DNA of 34,982 nt from a virus. Lineage: Duplodnaviria > Caudoviricetes. The translations under genes and the position numbers were made by a program. The notes below the pieces were generated by a model, which saw nothing but the letters and a program-made list of their open reading frames with translations, made no database searches and was not told the DNA's origin. Every line of letters begins with the position of its first letter. Position 1 is the stretch's first letter. This document shows, in pieces, positions 1-8,338 of this stretch. The stretch covers positions 1-34,982 of IMG/VR virus record IMGVR_UViG_3300020045_009671; one strand, 5' to 3'.

Positions 1-22
1 CTTGTTCTTGTGTTCAGTGTGT

Positions 23-70
23 AACAATTGTAACAGGCGCGCACTAAAACGCGCTTTTGCTGTATAATGT
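23..70 (+). promoter_or_regulatory. Phage promoter, copy 1 of a 48-bp conserved motif (TATAAT at 63-68, non-canonical -35)
   Basis: 39/48 identical to 6080-6127; lies upstream of a + strand operon; followed by a hairpin at 76-97. Confidence 0.75.
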
Positions 71-115
71 AAATTCAAGCGGCAATTTCGCTGCTTGTAT
101 AAAGGACTAAGTTCA

Positions 116-349
116 ATGAAACATAAACTAGTTGAAGAAGCCAGTGGTAAAGAAGTAAAACCTGGTATGAAAGTTCTCTCGTTTAAAGACGAGATCTATG
201 AATTCCAGAGTTTTAGGTCACCGCAGCATGCTGGTAGTACTGGGCGTGTTCAAGTTAAATGTTGTGACTCTGGCATCGAGCAAGAATTCTATCCGCAAGT
301 TTTTGGTTTGAAAATTGTAGAGGCACAAAATGACCCTTTCGATAACTGA
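116..349 (+). CDS. Hypothetical early protein
   Basis: ORF 95..349; ATG at 116 follows AAGGA; first gene after the promoter. Confidence 0.7.
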   Translation: MKHKLVEEASGKEVKPGMKVLSFKDEIYEFQSFRSPQHAGSTGRVQVKCCDSGIEQEFYPQVFGLKIVEAQNDPFDN

Positions 350-719
350 TCTTGGTAGTGCTATCGACGCACTGTATGCGCTTCGTGAGATGAGGCTTGG
401 TTACGAACGTAAAGCCAAGGAGCTCAAAGAAGAAGAAACCAAAGCACGAGGCACGATACTCGAAACACTAGAAGTCAGCGGTTTACAGAAAGCGTCTGGC
501 CAAACTGCTACATGTGGCATTAAGACAAGCACGATCCCCATTGTCACTGACTGGGATGAAGTCTTCACGTACATCAAGGATCATGACCGTTTTGATCTTG
601 TTCAGAAACGTATCTCAGTTCTTGCATGGAGGGAAACTTACGAAAATGAAGGGCTAATTCCAGGTACCGAAGCAGTAGAAGATGTTGATATTTCGTTGAC
701 TAAGTCATCTAGGAGCTAA
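330..719 (+). CDS. Conserved phage replication-module protein (coiled-coil N-terminus)
   Basis: 129 aa; WDEVFTYIKDHDRFDLVQKRIS motif recalled from genes next to phage SSB/polA modules. Confidence 0.65.
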   Translation: MTLSITDLGSAIDALYALREMRLGYERKAKELKEEETKARGTILETLEVSGLQKASGQTATCGIKTSTIPIVTDWDEVFTYIKDHDRFDLVQKRISVLAWRETYENEGLIPGTEAVEDVDISLTKSSRS

Positions 720-720
720 T

Positions 721-1428
721 ATGGCTAAAACTGAAGTAAAGAATGAGATCGAGTCTGTTGATGCGATCGAGAAACGTCGTCAAGAATTGCTCGAGCGGCA
801 AGCAGCAGCAGCTCAAAGTATGCGTACGACGGGGAGCTACATCACTTTCAAGAACGCAAATCTGAAAGTCGATGGTCAAGCTGTTCCGAACAATAAGGCT
901 GACGTTCGTGTCCTTGCAGCTGTGGGGGAACGTAGCTGGTACGACGGTCCGTATGATCCGGACAATGCGCAAGTCCCAGCGTGCTACGCGCTTGATAGCG
1001 ATGAGCCGCATCCAGATGCAGCAGCACCACAAAGCGAGACCTGTGCTGAATGCCCGAAGAATAAGTGGGGATCAGCTCCCCCACGTCCGGGTTCGATGCT
1101 TCCAGGTAAAGGCAAGGCATGTCGTGAAGGCGCCCGTGTCATCATGGTACCGGCGGGTGTGCCTCTGAAGTCTGCCCCCATGTATACGGCAAAGATTCCT
1201 GTTACTTCGTTGTCTGCAATCAACAACTTCGTTGGGCGTTGTCAGTCAGCTGCGAAACTAACTGGTGAGTTCATTACTACGCTGTCAGTCGAGGAAGACA
1301 AGAAGTCGTTCTTCAAAGTGCATCTTGATATTAAAGAGCACACGGCTGACATCGACCCGATGCTGCTGATGGCAAAGCAGGACGAAGCCTATCAACTGGC
1401 AATGACGCCGTACCCTTCATTGGATTAA
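721..1428 (+). CDS. Putative ssDNA-binding/recombination protein with Cys (Zn) motif
   Basis: C..CxxCPKNKWGS..GKGKAC motif; AGGAG RBS; upstream of polA. Confidence 0.6.
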   Translation: MAKTEVKNEIESVDAIEKRRQELLERQAAAAQSMRTTGSYITFKNANLKVDGQAVPNNKADVRVLAAVGERSWYDGPYDPDNAQVPACYALDSDEPHPDAAAPQSETCAECPKNKWGSAPPRPGSMLPGKGKACREGARVIMVPAGVPLKSAPMYTAKIPVTSLSAINNFVGRCQSAAKLTGEFITTLSVEEDKKSFFKVHLDIKEHTADIDPMLLMAKQDEAYQLAMTPYPSLD

Positions 1429-1430
1429 TT

Positions 1431-1631
1431 ATGAAACTAATCTTAGTCAGTCTTACAATTGTGCTCGTTGGTTGTGCGGCTACTCCAGGCATGACACTAC
1501 AACATCCTGTTACCAAGCAAGTAGTAGTATGCGGCGGAAACTCCACAGCATTTGGTGCCATTGGTTACGCCATGGAGCAAGCAAATACTGACAAGTGCAT
1601 TGCTGCGTATAAGGCCCAGGGCTTTAACTGA
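1431..1631 (+). CDS. Small lipoprotein
   Basis: MK + hydrophobic stretch + LVGC lipobox; two further Cys. Confidence 0.75.
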   Translation: MKLILVSLTIVLVGCAATPGMTLQHPVTKQVVVCGGNSTAFGAIGYAMEQANTDKCIAAYKAQGFN

Positions 1632-1673
1632 GCGTCTCCCTCCGTGGCACTTCGCAGTCGCCAACACGGAGTT

Positions 1674-1704
1674 CCCCTTGGGCCTAAAACCCAAGGGGCT
1701 TTTT
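1674..1704 (+). terminator. Rho-independent terminator
   Basis: CCCCTTGGG/CCCAAGGGG 9-bp stem followed by CTTTTT; preceded by a second hairpin at 1640-1671. Confidence 0.8.
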
Positions 1705-1722
1705 ACCAACTGAAAGTAGGAA

Positions 1723-1926
1723 ATGCTAACAATTGCGGAAGTAGAAAAGCGGTTCGAACACATGCATTGTTTTAAAATTCACTATGCGGAAATGCCCGGA
1801 GGCACGACTGTTATAGTTGTTTTAGATCAAGTTTGTGAAGACGAGGATATTGGTGTTAATGTTTTCAAGAACGAGCTAGAATTTTGTGAAAACTATACAA
1901 GTTACTTTGCAGGTGACCTATGTTAG
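1723..1926 (+). CDS. Hypothetical acidic protein
   Basis: 67 aa ORF overlapping the start of the exonuclease gene. Confidence 0.55.
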   Translation: MLTIAEVEKRFEHMHCFKIHYAEMPGGTTVIVVLDQVCEDEDIGVNVFKNELEFCENYTSYFAGDLC

Positions 1927-2528
1927 TAGCACTAGATTTTGAGTCAGACGCAATTGATACTAGACCAAATTACCCGCCGGAACCTGCTGGTTTAGCTATT
2001 TACGATGGCACGATCGCAGAGTATCTTGCATGGCGGCACCCGACCGAGAATAACTGCTTGTACAATGATGCTTGGTTTAGACTTAAGGGTCTGCTAAGTA
2101 ATCCAGAGCTCGAGTTTGTGTTCCATAATGCCCCGTTTGACTGCTCAATTATCGAAGAGAAGATGCATTTAGCTGTACCTTGGGAGAGAGTTCATGATAC
2201 GATGCTCTTCGCATTTCTACACGATCCATTTGGGGAGCTGTCCCTCAAACCCCTCAGTGACAAACTCTTGGGTATGCCCCCTGAAGAACAGGACGCAGTA
2301 CGCGAGTGGCTCGTTGCACATGGCGTCTGTAGAGCCAACGACAAAGCATGGGGTGCGCATATTGCGAAAGCTCCAGGAGGTCTGGTTGGTACTTACGCAA
2401 AGGGTGATGTGATCCGTACCTACAAGTTATACGAGTTCTTTATGGCTAACGGCGCTGGAGTAACAAAGCAGATCGCTCCCCATGAACCAGATACAAGCAA
2501 GATCGGAAGTGGGGGCGCACCATGGTAA
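1920..2528 (+). CDS. DNA polymerase A, 3'-5' exonuclease part (split gene)
   Basis: ExoI DFES, ExoII FHNAPFD, ExoIII YAKGD motifs. Confidence 0.85.
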   Translation: MLVALDFESDAIDTRPNYPPEPAGLAIYDGTIAEYLAWRHPTENNCLYNDAWFRLKGLLSNPELEFVFHNAPFDCSIIEEKMHLAVPWERVHDTMLFAFLHDPFGELSLKPLSDKLLGMPPEEQDAVREWLVAHGVCRANDKAWGAHIAKAPGGLVGTYAKGDVIRTYKLYEFFMANGAGVTKQIAPHEPDTSKIGSGGAPW

Positions 2529-3784
2529 CAGTATTCCGTATGGACGAGGCGTATCAAAGAGAACTTGCTTTGATGCCACATATCCTGAAAATGGAGCAGC
2601 GAGGTATTAATCTTGATGGACCCAAACTTAAGAAAGACACCGACGCTTACTGGGGAAAGCTCGACGAGCTCGACGAGAGTATCTGTGCCATTGTCGGACG
2701 TCAAGTTGATGTCGATTCTGGAGCTCAACTTGCAGATGCAATTGAATCAGCAGGACTTAGCAAAGGATTTGCAACGACGCCTACAGGTCTTAGAAGCACG
2801 GCAAAAGAATCGCTTGTCAATGCAATTGATAATCCTACTCTGCTTGGTCATTTGCTTGTTCGTGGTTCTATTGCCACATGTCTACGAACCTTTCTGCAGC
2901 CTTGGCTTGTTCAGTACGAGAAGCATGGCCGGCTTTATATGAAGTGGAACCAAATCCGAAATTACTCGGATACTGGCGCTAGAACCGGCCGAATTAGCAG
3001 CTCCCCCAACCTACAGAACGTACCAGTTGAGTGGGAGGGACTGAAGAAGCAACTCGAGCGAATTGGCTACCCATTTGATGCTGAGACATTGCCACAGGTT
3101 CGGAAGTACATTATTCCAGATCCTGGCAAGATATTCGTGGGGCGAGATTATAGCGGCCAAGAGCTTCGCCTCCTTGCGCATTTTACTTCTGGTAAGCTAC
3201 TTGATGCTTTGAAGCAAGATCCTTACGCCGACCTGCATCAGATTGCAGCCCAGTTAGCCGGCATCTCACGGCGAGAAGCGAAAACCCTTGCGTTTGCCAT
3301 TTTGTACGGTGCAGGTGTAGGACGTATCTCAGAATCTCTTGAGATGACTGTTACGGAGGCGACGCGAGTTAAGAACGGCTACCTCGCAGCGCTCCCTGAA
3401 ATCAAGGAGTTCACACGTAGCATTCAAAGTGGGGGCCGAATTGGTGTTGCAGTAAAGACCCTCGGTGGGCGGGACTACTTCCCGCAGAAGCCCTCAGTTG
3501 TCAAGGGTGTGTTCAAGTCGTTTGAATACAAGCTTGTTAATTACTTGATTCAAGGTTCTGCTGCAGACCAGACAAAACAAGCAATGATCGACTTTGCGAA
3601 AACCACAAGTACTGGCGAACTGGTGTTATCAGTCCACGACCAGCTTGTAATTCAATGCCCTCGAGACGATATAGATGCTGAAGCTAAAAACCTTGAAGCT
3701 GCTATGAACGGCAGTTTCCAAGAACGGCTTCGTTATCAAGTCATTAGCGAGGAAGATCATGGTTACAACTTTTCGGAACTATAA
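2522..3784 (+). CDS. polA: DNA polymerase family A, polymerase part
   Basis: TGRISSSPNLQN; motif A DYSGQELR; motif B REAKTLAFAILYG; NYLIQGSAAD; motif C VHDQ. Confidence 0.95.
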   Translation: MVTVFRMDEAYQRELALMPHILKMEQRGINLDGPKLKKDTDAYWGKLDELDESICAIVGRQVDVDSGAQLADAIESAGLSKGFATTPTGLRSTAKESLVNAIDNPTLLGHLLVRGSIATCLRTFLQPWLVQYEKHGRLYMKWNQIRNYSDTGARTGRISSSPNLQNVPVEWEGLKKQLERIGYPFDAETLPQVRKYIIPDPGKIFVGRDYSGQELRLLAHFTSGKLLDALKQDPYADLHQIAAQLAGISRREAKTLAFAILYGAGVGRISESLEMTVTEATRVKNGYLAALPEIKEFTRSIQSGGRIGVAVKTLGGRDYFPQKPSVVKGVFKSFEYKLVNYLIQGSAADQTKQAMIDFAKTTSTGELVLSVHDQLVIQCPRDDIDAEAKNLEAAMNGSFQERLRYQVISEEDHGYNFSEL

Positions 3785-4443
3785 TGGCTGATACATTTAA
3801 TGATGCTTGGGGTTTCAGTAAGCTTGATGTCTTTGAGACATGTAAAGCGAAGTTCTTTTACCAGTTCATCAAAAAACTGCCGAGTGGTGGGTCACCTGCC
3901 ATGGAACGCGGCTCGAAGATGCACGAGAACATCGAAAGCTACCTTAACGGCTGGGCTGCGGACCTCATTCCGGATAATCAGCTGTTTAAACAAGCTATCG
4001 ACGAACTAAAGGCGAAGGATTTCCGAGCTGAGCAAGCAATGGGGTTCGACAAAGAGTGGAACGCGTTGCCCGACTGGTTTCAGAAGTCTACGTGGCTCCG
4101 TGTCAAAATGGATGCTAGTTACATCGATGGGGAGCACGGTTACGCCATCGACTTCAAGTCTGGTAAGTATCGTGTCCCCTCCACGGAACAGCCAGAGCTC
4201 TACGGCATCGCGCTTCATGCTAAAAACCCGCATTTGACAAAAGTCACGGCAGAATTTTGGTTCCTCGATACCGGTGAAGTTTATTCTCGTGACTATACAA
4301 GTGACGAACTACTAAAGCTCCGTAAGAAGTACGAAAAGCGCGTAGAGCCGATCTACATGACGTCACAATGGGACCCGATGCCCTCAAATGAGTGCCGGTG
4401 GTGCCCGTATTCCAAGACTAAGGGCGGAGCATGCAAGTACTAG
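3784..4443 (+). CDS. PD-(D/E)XK exonuclease (RecB/Cas4-like)
   Basis: N-terminal Cys, RGSKMH, D..IDFKSG, Q..LY and C-terminal CRWCPY..C. Confidence 0.85.
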   Translation: MADTFNDAWGFSKLDVFETCKAKFFYQFIKKLPSGGSPAMERGSKMHENIESYLNGWAADLIPDNQLFKQAIDELKAKDFRAEQAMGFDKEWNALPDWFQKSTWLRVKMDASYIDGEHGYAIDFKSGKYRVPSTEQPELYGIALHAKNPHLTKVTAEFWFLDTGEVYSRDYTSDELLKLRKKYEKRVEPIYMTSQWDPMPSNECRWCPYSKTKGGACKY

Positions 4444-4763
4444 AATCAACAATTGAGCGTAGATGCGTTGAAATAGCAAGGAAGCACGAATGTCTACTAT
4501 TGAAGATCGAGAAGCAGCGGGGTTATCCGGACCGCCTATTGATGGCCCCCAATGGACGGATGATGTTCATCGAGTTCAAGAGACCGGGGGAGAGCTTGAT
4601 GCCAATACAGAAGCACATCCAGAGCGAGCTGCGGAGGATGAACTTCTTGTGCGAAGAGGCCGACAACTATTCTCTGTTCCTACAACTAGTCCTGAAGTTG
4701 AAGGATTCCTCCCCCAATTCTGGAAGCCTGAACAGTATCAAGAGCGAGGTGTTGAATGGCTAG
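4431..4763 (+). CDS. VRR-NUC domain nuclease
   Basis: ESTIE, GYPDRL, FIEFKRPG..Q motifs. Confidence 0.85.
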   Translation: MQVLESTIERRCVEIARKHECLLLKIEKQRGYPDRLLMAPNGRMMFIEFKRPGESLMPIQKHIQSELRRMNFLCEEADNYSLFLQLVLKLKDSSPNSGSLNSIKSEVLNG

Positions 4764-6090
4764 CCACTCGACCTGCAGCTGCACTCTTCTTGCCACCCGG
4801 TATGGGCAAAACCTCGATTTCTCTGGCTGCTGTCGGCATGGTGGGTCAGCTGCTTTGCAAGCGCGTAAGAACGCTAGTCATTGCGCCTTTGACCGTATGC
4901 TTAACTACATGGCAGACAGAGCCCGCGAAATGGAGACAGTTCAGTCACCTGAAAGTGGGCTTAGCGCATGGATCAGACAAGGAATTGATCCTACAAGATG
5001 ACTACTACGATATAGTTGTAGTTAACTACGATGGCATTGCATGGATGGCACCGATACTTGCAAAAGGTCATAACTTCAAATACTATTATGCGACGAGTTG
5101 ACCAGGCTCAAACATACCACAAGCAAAAGATTTAAGACCTTGAAACCGCTATTACCAAGTTTCTTGTTTCGTTGGGGACTGACTGGCACTCCTGTCGCAA
5201 ACGGATTGATGGACCTATTCGGTCAGTGCTATGTACTCGACGGGGGACAACGGCTGGGGAAGTTCGTTACACACTTTCGTTTGAAGTATTTCTATCAGAA
5301 GACCTTTGACCAATACAGGTATCTCATTCGAGACGTGGAAGCCAAGCAGCTAATCGAGAAGATCAGTGACATGGCAATGTACCTCGATCCAAAAGACTAC
5401 TTAGTACTCCCCCCGCTAATTGACGTGCCCTTAGAAGTGGAGTTCACTAAAGATGAGATGGCTCAATATAAGGTCCTTGAAGACGACTTCATTCTCAAGC
5501 TACAAGACAATGTTGTTACTGCCGCTAATGCCGGTGTTCTTACTAGTAAGCTTCGTCAGTTTACTGGGGGCGCTGTGTATTCTAGTACCGGCGTATACGA
5601 TGTTGTATCTCGGGCGAAAGTTGATAGGCTTGAGTCTTTGGTTGAAGAACTTGCTGGTGAGCCTTTGATGGTAGCCTACCAGTTTGAGCACGAGTATGCA
5701 CGACTTATTCAGTCGTTTCCAGATGCTTGTGCCATTCGTGGTGGGATGTCTAAGAACAAACTTGCGGAGACTGTAGAAGTATGGAATCAAGGCCAGACCC
5801 CTGTATTGCTCGTCCAACCGACTGCAGCTGCCTTAGGACTGAACTTACAGTTTGGCGGGAACGCCATTTGTTGGTTTTCATTGACTTACAATCTGGAAGA
5901 GTACATTCAGTTAATTGCCCGCTTGTTGAGGCGGGGACAAACCAAGTCGGTTATGAATTACATAATAGCAGTGAAAGGAACCATTGACCAGCATGTAGCA
6001 AAAGTTATGGTGGATAAAGACGCCACCCAAAATACTGTCTTTGAAGAACTTAAACGTCTCGGTTCTGTCGCTCAATTGCAACAGTTGTAA
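4649..6090 (+). CDS. SNF2-family helicase, interrupted by a 1-nt frameshift near 5078-5080
   Basis: YQ and PGMGKT (Walker A) in ORF 4490..5101; ILLCDE (Walker B) lies in the frame of ORF 5098..6090, followed by LTGTP, GLNLQ and QLIARLLRRGQ; GTG at 4649 follows GGAGG. Confidence 0.85.
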
Positions 6091-6127
6091 CAGACGCGCA
6101 CCGGAACGTTCTTTCGATGTATAATGT
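6080..6127 (+). promoter_or_regulatory. Phage promoter, copy 2 of the 48-bp motif (TATAAT at 6120-6125)
   Basis: 39/48 identical to 23-70; followed by a hairpin at 6131-6154 and an RBS. Confidence 0.75.
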
Positions 6128-6174
6128 TTTTGTAGCGTCACTGTAAACGCTACGCCACATAAAGGAAATTGAAA

Positions 6175-6696
6175 ATGTCTGAGTTGAAGAAATTGAGCAT
6201 GTCTGAACTCATTGCTCGATACAACGCCATTGCCGCCAGCCGTGGTATTGCTACTGTTACCGAGTTCAAAAACCTTGCTGCGGCTCGTGCTGCGGTTACG
6301 CAACTTGAAGAAGGAAAGACCATGACTGAAACTGCCGCCCCCGTTGAAGGTTCTGAAGCCCCTGTTTCTAATGCTACGAAGTACAGCTCTGCTGGTAAGC
6401 GGGGGCCGAATCAAGGCGTTGGCGAATTCGCTAAGGGAATGATCCGTGATGGCTCGGACAATAAGACTGTCCTTGACGCTGTTAAGGAGAAGTTCCCCGG
6501 CGCGAAGACCACGATGGGCTGCATCGCCTATTACCGCGCTGCTGTGAAGAACCCCAACATGGGGAAGAAGGGCGGCAAGTCGGCCGATGCTCTGCGCGCC
6601 GATGCAGCTGCTATCCTGGCTAAGGCTGAGGCTATCGAAGCTGCTGCGAAGGCTAAGGCCTCTGCTGAAGCCGAAGCTACTGCTGCACCGCAGTAA
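6175..6696 (+). CDS. Putative DNA-binding protein with Ala/Lys-rich C-terminus
   Basis: VLDAVKEKFPGAKTTMGCIAYYR HTH-like motif; has its own promoter and terminator. Confidence 0.55.
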   Translation: MSELKKLSMSELIARYNAIAASRGIATVTEFKNLAAARAAVTQLEEGKTMTETAAPVEGSEAPVSNATKYSSAGKRGPNQGVGEFAKGMIRDGSDNKTVLDAVKEKFPGAKTTMGCIAYYRAAVKNPNMGKKGGKSADALRADAAAILAKAEAIEAAAKAKASAEAEATAAPQ

Positions 6697-6716
6697 GTTC
6701 TTAACTCGTTCGGTTT

Positions 6717-6749
6717 GGTGGGGAGTAGATTAGTCTGCTCCCCATCTTT
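6717..6749 (+). terminator. Probable terminator hairpin
   Basis: GGTGGGGAGTAGA/TCTGCTCCCCATC stem followed by TTT. Confidence 0.65.
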
Positions 6750-6762
6750 ACTTGGAGCTTCA

Positions 6763-7044
6763 ATGGATACACAGCGCTATCTGGCAGCCATAAAGCCAGC
6801 AATGGATGTTGTAGTCAAGAAAGGTGAAGACTACAACAACAAAGCTAGCATTCATGATTATTTCCCGCTTGGTGATGCAAGTTACTTTCAAATGATGTTC
6901 ATCAAAGTACTGCGTTTGAAGTCACTAATTAGTAAAAACGGTGTGCCCAACTTTGATAGTAAACTCGACACAGTAATCGACTTGATTAACTACGCAGTAT
7001 TCTATGCTGAGTACCTCCAAAGTCTGGAGAAGCCAGATGAATAA
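6763..7044 (+). CDS. Nucleotide-modification-associated domain 1 (DUF1599/Nmad1-like) protein
   Basis: KKGEDY, KxxRL and DTVIDLINYA motifs; GGAG RBS before ATG 6763. Confidence 0.7.
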   Translation: MDTQRYLAAIKPAMDVVVKKGEDYNNKASIHDYFPLGDASYFQMMFIKVLRLKSLISKNGVPNFDSKLDTVIDLINYAVFYAEYLQSLEKPDE

Positions 7045-7864
7045 ACTAGACGAGGAATATCTCGAGCTTGTTAACCACGTTATGTCTGTTGGTGCCAAGC
7101 GCAAAACACGAGCAGGCCCTACGCGACAGGTCTTTGGTGCAGCATTCGTAGTTGAGAGTCTTCGCGACAACAAGTTCCCGATACTTACGAGCCGCAAGAT
7201 TTTCTGGAAACCTGTACTTGGTGAGCTTGCTGCGTTTCTGCGGGGAGCTACCGACCTAGCTACATTCAAGAAGTTTGGTTGTAACTACTGGGATGCTAAC
7301 GCAGAAGCATGGATTTGGAACCGAGGTCAAGACAAATCAAAATGGCGAGTGGGTAATATCTATGGCGCGCAATGGCGCGCTTTTGGCGAATACAATGTAG
7401 ACCAGATCGCTAGACTAGTATACAGCATTACGCATGATCCTCTGAGTCGTAGGCACTTGCTTACAGCGTATGATCCCAACGAAGACTCACACTGTCTACC
7501 TCCATGTCATTTGATGGCGCAATTCAATGTTGATAATGATGGTTATCTTGATTGCACTGTCTATATGCGCAGTGTTGATTTGTGTCTTGGCTTGCCAAGC
7601 GATATTATCTTGTACGCAACTCTTATGCTCTTGGTTGCACAAGAAACTAACTACAAGCCTGGCACGTTGATCTTCATGCTTGGAGATACACACATCTACG
7701 AAAACCACGTCGAGATTTTTAAGTACCAGCTAGCTGGGCCTAGTTTCAAGTTACCTACTTGGGAGTTGTACACAGAAGCAACTCTTGATAACTTTGAACC
7801 ATCGCATCTGAATCTTATCAACTATACACATGGAGAGAAACTTGAGTACCCTTTTGCCGCCTGA
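7037..7864 (+). CDS. thyA: Thymidylate synthase-family enzyme, probably dCMP-specific (copy A)
   Basis: YGAQWR, SRR, LPPCH, MRSVDLCLGLPSD, GDTHIYENH; Asp codon at 7601-7603 replaces the canonical Asn. Confidence 0.9.
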   Translation: MNKLDEEYLELVNHVMSVGAKRKTRAGPTRQVFGAAFVVESLRDNKFPILTSRKIFWKPVLGELAAFLRGATDLATFKKFGCNYWDANAEAWIWNRGQDKSKWRVGNIYGAQWRAFGEYNVDQIARLVYSITHDPLSRRHLLTAYDPNEDSHCLPPCHLMAQFNVDNDGYLDCTVYMRSVDLCLGLPSDIILYATLMLLVAQETNYKPGTLIFMLGDTHIYENHVEIFKYQLAGPSFKLPTWELYTEATLDNFEPSHLNLINYTHGEKLEYPFAA

Positions 7865-8246
7865 TGTTTTCCAAGATGTTGCTGATTTCCATCGTCGCAT
7901 CATTGCACGAGCCCCTTCTGAAAGCCCATCACTAATTTCTCAGAAGTTTGTGTTTGAGCGTTTCAAATTTATGCAAGAGGAACTTGATGAATTTGTTACT
8001 GCTGCATTTGATGGTGATATGGTGGGGGCCACTGATGGCCTCGCGGATCTTATCTACGTAGCAGTAGGCACAATGTATCTAATGGGTCTCCCGACCACAG
8101 AGATCTGGAACGCCGTGCATAGTGCTAACATGCGCAAAGTTCGCGGTATGACCAAACGTGGCAATGCCTTTGATGCTGCCAAACCCGAAGGTTGGGTGGG
8201 GCCAGAAACTGAAATAGCTGCAGCAATCGGGGAAGCTATTAAATGA
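7830..8246 (+). CDS. MazG-like/all-alpha dNTP pyrophosphohydrolase (copy A)
   Basis: EELDE, DGLADLIY, VHSANMRK, KPEGW; true start may be TTG 7842. Confidence 0.85.
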   Translation: MERNLSTLLPPDVFQDVADFHRRIIARAPSESPSLISQKFVFERFKFMQEELDEFVTAAFDGDMVGATDGLADLIYVAVGTMYLMGLPTTEIWNAVHSANMRKVRGMTKRGNAFDAAKPEGWVGPETEIAAAIGEAIK

Positions 8247-8338
8247 CTATGCTTGAATACGTATTCCTGCCTATGATATTTTTTGCATTTGGTGCAGGAT
8301 TTTGGCTGGGCATAAAAGTTGCTGAAAGGCCCAAATAA
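8243..8338 (+). CDS. 31-aa single-transmembrane peptide (copy A only)
   Basis: MTMLEYVFLPMIFFAFGAGFWLGIKVAERPK; ATGA and TAATG overlaps with both neighbours. Confidence 0.7.
   Translation: MTMLEYVFLPMIFFAFGAGFWLGIKVAERPK

Noticed and set aside
3784-4443. Cas4-like nuclease suggesting CRISPR-Cas
   Set aside because: No repeat-spacer array or other cas genes; such nucleases are common in phage replication modules
4490-4648. N-terminal extension of the helicase ORF
   Set aside because: Lies wholly inside VRR-NUC; GTG 4649 has a good RBS
6715-6762. N-terminal extension of the Nmad1-like ORF
   Set aside because: Runs through the terminator hairpin; ATG 6763 has the RBS
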